This document shows positions 57,882 to 64,000 of a DNA stretch of 64,000 bases, in pieces. This DNA is from Nibricoccus sp. (GTDB taxonomy: Bacteria; Verrucomicrobiota; Verrucomicrobiia; Opitutales; Opitutaceae): positions 2,880,001 through 2,944,000 of the forward strand of contig JASGHG010000001.1 in the NCBI GenBank assembly GCA_047602425.1, read 5' to 3'. The position numbers and the translations under genes are program-made. Position 1 is the stretch's first letter, and each line of letters opens with the position of its first letter. The notes beneath the pieces were generated by a model that was not told where the DNA came from, did no database searches, and was given only the letters and a program-made list of their open reading frames with translations.

Positions 57882-58841
57882 TTAGCGGCGTGTTTTTAGA
57901 AAACGCGCGATCTCGCTGGCGCGCGGCATGGCCGGGGCGGTGCCGAATTTTGTAACGGACAGCGCCGCGACGGCATTGCCAAAACGGGCGGCTGCGACAA
58001 GGTCGCCTTCAAATTTGACCAAGCCCGCCGCGAACCCGCCCACGAAGGCGTCACCCGCGCCGGTTGTATCGACAACTTTGATACCTGTATAGGCCGGAAT
58101 AAAAACGAATCCATCCTCGCGCGACACGAAGCAACCGCGGGCGCCGAGGGTCACGATGACTGTGGGGACGCCGAGACTTTGGCAGAGGGCGTGAAGCTGG
58201 GTTTCTGTTGTTGCCTTCAGCGTATCCTCCGTAAACCCCGAACATCCCGTCTGAGGCAAAAGATTCATCAGGGCCGCAAACTCAGTCTCGTTCGGGATCA
58301 GTATGTCGGTGTGATTGAGCAGCGTCGCCGGAAAATCCGGCCGCATCGGCGCGGGATTGAGCACGGTGGTGACGCCGGCTTTGCGGGCGATTTTTAAAAC
58401 ATAGGCGGCGGTGTCGAGGTTCGATTCCAGTTGGGAAACCACCACGCGGGCCTGCTGTAGTGCTTTGGCGGGTACATCGCTTTTTTTGAGGTGGTCGTTG
58501 GCGCCCAACGCCACGATGATTTCGTTCTGGCCGTTCTCATTGACGAGAATGGCCGCGGTTCCGGTCGCGTGGGACGGTTTGAGCGCAAGCTGACACCCGA
58601 TTTTTTCCGCGCGATAAAATTCCCTCGCCTGGCTGGCGAAGGCGTCGTCTCCGGCGGCGCCCACAAAAAGTGTATCCACTCCAGCCCTACCGCTGGCAAC
58701 CGCCTGGTTGGAGCCTTTGCCGCCCGGCCCGGTCTTGAAAGTCCCGACGGTGGTCTCCCCGGGGCGAGGGAAAGCCCGGCATTTCCAAGTGAGATCCTGC
58801 ACAAAACTGCCAACGACAACGACGGAGGGGTGGGTGGGCAT
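57882..58841 (-). CDS. rbsK: Ribokinase
   Basis: PGGKGSNQAVA, GENEII-like GQNEII, LNPAP, PNETE, DTTGAGDAFVG. Confidence 0.94.
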   Translation of the reverse strand: MPTHPSVVVVGSFVQDLTWKCRAFPRPGETTVGTFKTGPGGKGSNQAVASGRAGVDTLFVGAAGDDAFASQAREFYRAEKIGCQLALKPSHATGTAAILVNENGQNEIIVALGANDHLKKSDVPAKALQQARVVVSQLESNLDTAAYVLKIARKAGVTTVLNPAPMRPDFPATLLNHTDILIPNETEFAALMNLLPQTGCSGFTEDTLKATTETQLHALCQSLGVPTVIVTLGARGCFVSREDGFVFIPAYTGIKVVDTTGAGDAFVGGFAAGLVKFEGDLVAAARFGNAVAALSVTKFGTAPAMPRASEIARFLKTRR

Positions 58842-59079
58842 GGACCGATCATTGAACAACCATTCCGTTGTGACAAGCCGCGGTCGTTGGATTTTGTAAC
58901 AAAATTTTGATACAAACCGCTTCGGCTGGTGAAAAAAAAGTTAAGGCCCGGCATGCAATTTTCGAGGGGAACCAACCGCGGTAAAGAACGGGTAAATCCC
59001 CATTTATCATGCTCAATCGCGTGGCGAATCCGGTCGCTATTTGTAGTGTGAGGCCAACAAAAAACCACCGGTTCCTACC

Positions 59080-60495
59080 ATGAATTTAGTGAAAAAAATT
59101 TTGATCGTTCACGGCGATGCCAAGATGAAGCGTCGTCTCGTTTTGCTGCTGGCGGACGCGGGGTACGACTTGCGCGCATACACCGCGGGCGACCCCGCGC
59201 TTGAAACTGCGCGTGTCGAATGGTTCGACCTTGCCCTTGTGGATGCCTACCTGACCGGCCAGCCAAGTTTTGATTTTGTCGAGGCATTGAAAAAAGTTCA
59301 GCCCACGGTTCCGGTGGTCATGGTGGTTCCCCAACTCGAACTTCCCTTGATCGTGAAAGGCATTCGTATGGGCTTGAGCGACGTGCTTCCCACCACGGGC
59401 GACTTCCGTCCGCTCCTGCGGCGCGTCAACAACCTCCTCAGGCCGAACCAGGATATATCGACCATAGGGGAAAGCCTTACCTCCGCGGAGTTGGCCGACG
59501 CCGAGGCCGTGTTGCAGGTTCTCGGAAATCCCGAGATCGGCCAGAGTCAGGATCCCTTTAACGTGCCGGATGTTCGCGCCGAGCTCCTCAAAGGCGAAAA
59601 AGAACGCGCGCAGCTCGAGACCAAGATCGAACGCCTCGCGCACGAAAAGGCCGCCCTTGAGGCGGAGATGAAAACATTGCTCGCGCAAAATACCGACGCG
59701 GTTCGCATGCAGACCGAATTCAAGGATCTGCGCACGCAACGCGACATGGCCGCTGCGGCCCAAGCCATGATCGATCAGAAGGCGCGCGCCCTCGCCGACG
59801 CCCGCTCGGAACTTGCGCGTGAGCGCAGCCTGCTCGAAGAGGAGAGGCGGAAACTGGCCGAGACCACGCAGAAAATCGCTCCGGGTGGAAAAACGATTGA
59901 GGAACTTGCGAAGGAGAGAGCTGAATTCGACGCGATGCGCGCCAAGCATCTCGCCGACGAAGCGCGTTTGCGTGAAGAAGGCACGCGTCAGCAACACGAA
60001 GCCATGCAGATCGCACAGGAACGCCGTCGCTGGCATGAAGACCTCGACCTGCTCCGCGAGCAGGAAACCAATCTCCGCGAATACGAGGCTCGTCTGCGCC
60101 AATTGCAGGCCCAACTCGAGGCGGATCGAGTGCTTTGGTTCAGCTCCCGTCCGACTTCGCGTTCGCCGTTCCAGGACGACGCAGCCGTCAAAGCGGCGTG
60201 GGAAAAACTCCAGCGCGCGACCGATCTGCTCGAAGCCGAGCGCGCCGTTTTCCGTGACGAACGCATGGCGATGCGTGAGCTGGAAGCCGACATCAAACGT
60301 CGCGAAGCCAAACTGAACGAAGGCGATGCCGGCCTGGCCGACCACGATAAGCGTCTGCGCACCTTGATCACCACGACGCCGACCAACACGGCTCCCGGCA
60401 TTCCGGCTGGGGTTTCCATGGCAACGTCGCCGATGAAAATTCTCTCGAATCATCCTTTCGATCCGGCGAAATCCACGCCGACCCGCAAAGGCTGA
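59080..60495 (+). CDS. Atypical receiver domain fused to a long coiled coil
   Basis: KILIVHGD...FDLALVD...PVVMV...GLSDVLP followed by ~280 aa of E/R/A/L-rich heptads. Confidence 0.8.
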   Translation: MNLVKKILIVHGDAKMKRRLVLLLADAGYDLRAYTAGDPALETARVEWFDLALVDAYLTGQPSFDFVEALKKVQPTVPVVMVVPQLELPLIVKGIRMGLSDVLPTTGDFRPLLRRVNNLLRPNQDISTIGESLTSAELADAEAVLQVLGNPEIGQSQDPFNVPDVRAELLKGEKERAQLETKIERLAHEKAALEAEMKTLLAQNTDAVRMQTEFKDLRTQRDMAAAAQAMIDQKARALADARSELARERSLLEEERRKLAETTQKIAPGGKTIEELAKERAEFDAMRAKHLADEARLREEGTRQQHEAMQIAQERRRWHEDLDLLREQETNLREYEARLRQLQAQLEADRVLWFSSRPTSRSPFQDDAAVKAAWEKLQRATDLLEAERAVFRDERMAMRELEADIKRREAKLNEGDAGLADHDKRLRTLITTTPTNTAPGIPAGVSMATSPMKILSNHPFDPAKSTPTRKG

Positions 60496-60566
60496 GTTTC
60501 TTATAACCGCATTCAGTTTTTATTTGAGCTTGCCCAGCTTGGGCGGAGCTGTTGGTTTCCCGCACG

Positions 60567-60665
60567 ATGAATCTCGTCTCCAAACGTACAAATATGGTCT
60601 CCGCCTCCAAAGCGGTGCGTATTTGCACGCATGCATGGTGGCACGGAGTGGCTCGACGATGGTGA
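60567..60665 (+). CDS. Putative Trp-containing leader peptide (32 aa; 23 aa from ATG 60594)
   Basis: MNLVSKRTNMVSASKAVRICTHAWWHGVARRW*; tandem TGG TGG at 60636-60641, third TGG at 60660; directly precedes the antiterminator/terminator. Confidence 0.72.
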   Translation: MNLVSKRTNMVSASKAVRICTHAWWHGVARRW

Positions 60666-60758
60666 CGCGCGAAGATCGCGTCCGGTGTTAACGAAACCAA
60701 AAAATAAACACCCCTCCCGTCGAGCCCGACTCCAAACCGAGTCGGGCTTTTTATTTTT
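60645..60758 (+). promoter_or_regulatory. Transcription attenuator (antiterminator + intrinsic terminator)
   Basis: Terminator AGCCCGACTC-caaacc-GAGTCGGGCT-TTTTATTTTT (60723-60758). GGCTCGACG (60650-60658) is complementary to CGTCGAGCC (60718-60726), which overlaps the terminator 5' arm. Confidence 0.75.
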
Positions 60759-60823
60759 CCCGTCCGAACCTCGATAAAACCGCAAAGCCAGAAAGCTCAG
60801 ATTTTTCAAAACCACTTTATGTC

Positions 60824-61555
60824 ATGAATACCTCCCTTGCTCTCGCTCCCGCTCCTTCGCCGGTGGAACTGGATGTTCCCTCGATCGCGTTTTTCGGCCG
60901 CACCCTGGCCGAGTATGCGCAGTTTTTTTCCCTCGATATCGATGCTCTTGACGGCCTCTCGGTCCTCGATGTCGCCGCCGGTCCGTCGTCTTTCACGGCC
61001 GAAGCCTGTAGACGCGGCGCTGATGCCGTTGCGGTCGATCCGCTATACGGCTGCACCCTGCAAGCGTTGTCGGCACATGTCCAAATCGATTACCGGCGGA
61101 TGATCGAACAGATGCGGACCAAGCCGGAGTTGCTGCGCTTTCGGTCGTTCAAGTCGATCGACGAAGCCGAAAGCAGCCGGCGCACCGCGGCCGAAAGATT
61201 TTTGGCGGACTACGAACAGCACTTCGTGCACAACCGTTACATTGGCGCGGCGCTTCCACAGCTGCCGTTCCTCGACGGGGCCTTCGATCTGGTGCTTTGT
61301 GCGCATTTTCTTTTTGTCTACGCGAAGAAGTTCGGTTTCGAGTTTCATCTTGAGGCTTGCCGTGAGCTTGTGCGCGTGAGCAGCGATGAAGTGCGGATCC
61401 ACCCGGTGGTTGGTTTGGGCGGAAAGACCTACGCTGAACTCGACCGTTTGAGATCGGTGCTCGACGCCGAAGGAATCGAGAGCGAAGTCGTGCCGGTGGA
61501 ATACGAATTCTTCAAGGGCACCGACTCGATGCTGGTGCTGAAGCGTGGCGCGTGA
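60824..61555 (+). CDS. Class I SAM-dependent methyltransferase, uncharacterised family
   Basis: FFGRTLAEY..FF, VLDVAAGPSSF, AVDPLY, LPQLPFLDGAFDLVLCAHFLF, ELVRVS. Confidence 0.85.
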   Translation: MNTSLALAPAPSPVELDVPSIAFFGRTLAEYAQFFSLDIDALDGLSVLDVAAGPSSFTAEACRRGADAVAVDPLYGCTLQALSAHVQIDYRRMIEQMRTKPELLRFRSFKSIDEAESSRRTAAERFLADYEQHFVHNRYIGAALPQLPFLDGAFDLVLCAHFLFVYAKKFGFEFHLEACRELVRVSSDEVRIHPVVGLGGKTYAELDRLRSVLDAEGIESEVVPVEYEFFKGTDSMLVLKRGA

Positions 61556-61606
61556 ACGGCACTGCGCTTCTGACAAAACTATTATCTATCTGTAAAACAT
61601 AGTGCC

Positions 61607-62053
61607 ATGAATATCTGTTATGAAGTGGATCGGGTCATCTCTGAGGACCAGTTTATCGACTTGTTGCGACGCTCGACCTTGGCAGAACGCCGGCCGGTGG
61701 ACGACGTGCGCTGCATCCGCGCAATGCTGGAGCACGCCAACCTGCTTTGCACGGCGTGGGATGGGCCGAAGCTCGTCGGCGTGGCGCGATCACTGACCGA
61801 TTTTAAATACTGCTGCTATCTTTCCGACCTCGCGGTTGATGAAAGCTATCAGCGGAGCGGCATTGGCCGCGAACTCGTCCGACTGACAAGTTCTAAACTG
61901 GGTCCGCGGGCGAAAATAGTCCTGCTGGCCGCGCCGAAGGCCGAAGCCTATTATCCGAAAATCGGTTTTGAGGCGCATCGCTCTGCGTGGGCAATGCCGG
62001 CGTCACGGCTAGCGCGAGAAGTAAACCACATTCAAGAGGCATGGATGCATTGA
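61607..62053 (+). CDS. GNAT family N-acetyltransferase
   Basis: LVGVARSLTD, YLSDLAVDESYQRSGIGREL, YYPKIGF. Confidence 0.93.
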   Translation: MNICYEVDRVISEDQFIDLLRRSTLAERRPVDDVRCIRAMLEHANLLCTAWDGPKLVGVARSLTDFKYCCYLSDLAVDESYQRSGIGRELVRLTSSKLGPRAKIVLLAAPKAEAYYPKIGFEAHRSAWAMPASRLAREVNHIQEAWMH

Positions 62054-62057
62054 AATA

Positions 62058-62082
62058 GTTTGTCATTTAATGAATGACAAAC
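62058..62082. repeat. Perfect AT-rich palindrome between convergent genes
   Basis: GTTTGTCATT-taatg-AATGACAAAC. Confidence 0.6.
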
Positions 62083-62118
62083 CATTCGGCAGAGGGAACT
62101 GCGTGAGCTATTGCCGGC

Positions 62119-64000
62119 TTAGGCTTTTTCCATTTCCTCCAGCTTAGAGGCGGCCTGCTCCCAGTCGGCGGTGGCGGCGGTGATTTGATCGACGATGCTG
62201 CTGAGTTCCCGATTTAAATTCTGGGCTTTGCCGGGCGTGGAATAAGTTTCGGGCGCTTCCAACTCGGCGGTGAGTTCGGCTTGCTTTGCTTCCAACTCGG
62301 CAACGGCTTTTTCCAGCTGGCCAACTTTTTCGCGGAATTTGCGGATTTCGTTCGGGGTCGGCTTTTTTGCGCTCGAAGCTGCGGGTGTCGCTTTGGAATT
62401 TGAAATCTGCGCTTTGGAATTTGCAGCCGCCTGCACAGGGCGCCCATCGGTGAAACCGGCGGTGAGCGCGGCGCGGGCGTCGCTGGCTTTGGACTTTTCC
62501 AAATAGTAATCGTAGTCGCCGGCGTAAGGCGTCAGACGACCGGAATGGACGTGGAGAACATTCTGCGCGAGGGCACGGATGAAATGAACGTCGTGGCTGA
62601 TGAAAATGAGGGTACCTTCGTAGTTTTTCAGCGCGCTGATGAGCGAGTCGATCGACTGAATGTCGAGATGGGTGGTCGGCTCATCCATGAGCAGGAGATT
62701 CGGCGGCTTAACGAGAAGGCGGGCGAGGGCGAGGCGGGATTTTTCACCGCCGGAAAGAACATTGATGGGTTTGTGAACGTCGTCCTTGCGGAAGAGGAAG
62801 GCGCCGAGAATGGCTCTGGCTTGTTGTTCGGTGAGCTGATTTTCGTTAGTCCGCAGCGACATCACGTTTTCGAAAACGGTCAGATTGGGATCCAGGTTGT
62901 CGAGTCGGTTCTGCGCGAAGTAGCCGGGGACGACGTTGCTGCCGAGTTCACGCGTGCCGCCCTGAATGGGAATGACGTCGGCGAGGATTTTGAGCAGCGT
63001 GGATTTGCCGGCGCCATTGGGTCCGACGAGGACGATGCGCTGGCCGCGCTCGGCCGTGAAATTGAGATCCCGATAGACGACGTGATCGCCGTAGGCCTGT
63101 TGGACGTGTTCGAGTTCGATAACCTTGAGTCCGGAGCGCGGGGGTTGCGGGAATTTGAAATTCATTTTCCGCAACTCTTCGGTAGGTTCCTCGACGGCGA
63201 CTTCCTGAAGACGCTCGATTTGTTTTTCCTTAGACTTGGCGCGGGACGCCATGGAAGCCTTGGCACCGAAGCGATCGACGAATTTCTGAAGATGGGCGAT
63301 TTCGCGCTGTTGGTTTTTGAAGGCGGCGAGTTGTTGGGCTTTTCGGGCTTCTTTCTCGGTTAGGAAGTTGTCGTAGTTGCCGTGGTAGTAGTGAAGCGTG
63401 TTCGCGCGCAGTTCGAGCATGCCGGTGCAGAGCGCGTTGAGAAAGGCGCGGTCGTGGGAGATGACGACGAGGCCGCCGGGGTAGCGCGTGAGATAGTCCT
63501 GAAACCAGAGGAGGGCTTCGAGGTCGAGATGGTTGGTCGGTTCGTCGAGGAGGAGAAGGGCTGGTTCGGCAACGAGGAGGCGGGCAAGATGGGCGCGCAT
63601 GACCCAGCCGCCGGAAAACGTTTTCGCAAGTTTGAGAGCATCGCCTTCCTTGAAGCCAAGCCCGGCGAGGATTTTTTTTGCGCGCGGCTCGAGCGTGTAG
63701 TCGATGTCGTAGTCGTCGTCGGTCGGTTCGAGCTTTTTGCCGCTCGTCGCGATGTGGAGAATGGTTTCGTCGCCGGCGGGCGCGCTTTCCTGCGGAAGGA
63801 AACCGAAGTCGGCGCCGCGTTCCCATTCGATGGTGCCGGTGTCGGGTTTTTCCTCGCCGAGGATGAGATTGAACAGCGTGGATTTCCCGGCGCCATTGGG
63901 GCCGATCAGGCCGAGGCGGTCGGTGCGGGCAATGAAGAGCGACACGTCGCGAAAAAGTTCGCGCGTACCATAGGACTTGGAGACATCGGCGATCGTAAGC
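62119..64000 (-). CDS. ABC-F family ribosome-associated ATPase (start codon cut by the window edge)
   Basis: Two ABC cassettes (GPNGAGKST, FSGGW/LSGGE, LDEPTNHLD/MDEPTTHLD, SHD), no TM, C-terminal coiled coil; frame stays open to 64000 (LTIADVSKSYG). Confidence 0.95.
   Translation of the reverse strand, partial: LTIADVSKSYGTRELFRDVSLFIARTDRLGLIGPNGAGKSTLFNLILGEEKPDTGTIEWERGADFGFLPQESAPAGDETILHIATSGKKLEPTDDDYDIDYTLEPRAKKILAGLGFKEGDALKLAKTFSGGWVMRAHLARLLVAEPALLLLDEPTNHLDLEALLWFQDYLTRYPGGLVVISHDRAFLNALCTGMLELRANTLHYYHGNYDNFLTEKEARKAQQLAAFKNQQREIAHLQKFVDRFGAKASMASRAKSKEKQIERLQEVAVEEPTEELRKMNFKFPQPPRSGLKVIELEHVQQAYGDHVVYRDLNFTAERGQRIVLVGPNGAGKSTLLKILADVIPIQGGTRELGSNVVPGYFAQNRLDNLDPNLTVFENVMSLRTNENQLTEQQARAILGAFLFRKDDVHKPINVLSGGEKSRLALARLLVKPPNLLLMDEPTTHLDIQSIDSLISALKNYEGTLIFISHDVHFIRALAQNVLHVHSGRLTPYAGDYDYYLEKSKASDARAALTAGFTDGRPVQAAANSKAQISNSKATPAASSAKKPTPNEIRKFREKVGQLEKAVAELEAKQAELTAELEAPETYSTPGKAQNLNRELSSIVDQITAATADWEQAASKLEEMEKA

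Noticed and set aside
59086..60453. 455-aa minus-strand ORF, and similar long antisense ORFs at 13807, 29875, 34923, 37913 and 51283
   Set aside because: All lie opposite well-supported genes and lack recognisable domains.
61607..62053. GNAT as part of the Trp-attenuated unit
   Set aside because: It is separated by a 51-nt AT-rich gap with its own promoter-like sequence and contains three Trp. Co-regulation is not supported, though not excluded.
1..64000. tRNA/rRNA genes, transposases, integrases, prophage and defence systems
   Set aside because: No such signatures were recognised in the ORFs or intergenic regions by manual inspection.

Overview
A 64-kb, high-GC, gene-dense bacterial chromosomal window. 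Gene style and content suggest PVC superphylum, probably Verrucomicrobiota/Opitutaceae (inference). No rRNA, tRNA, CRISPR array, prophage or transposase was seen. Housekeeping genes include xseA, msrB, a DEAD-box helicase, miaB, gmk, nrdJ, ppnP, lepB, rpmH-rnpA-yidD-yidC, two yebC paralogs, metX, an aquaporin, deoC, rbsK and an ABC-F ATPase. Accessory modules are a MoxR/VWA operon, a glycoside hydrolase-GT4-AlkP/EEP fusion-VTT cluster, a TonB-dependent receptor, tandem double-TonB_C proteins, and a rhombosortase with a likely GlyGly-CTERM substrate (a PQQ/di-heme dehydrogenase with a 47-Ser linker). The best unannotated signal is at 60567-60758. A leader peptide (...HAWWHGVARRW*) with mutually exclusive antiterminator and terminator hairpins sits upstream of an uncharacterised, Trp-free SAM-dependent methyltransferase, i.e. 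a trpL-like attenuator on a gene outside the known Trp pathway. Other signals: tandem NrdR boxes before nrdJ, a cluster of 9-nt-periodic inverted repeats, apparent leaderless promoters, and frameshifts in rnpA and the GT4 gene that may be assembly errors. All product calls come from motif recognition, not database searches.
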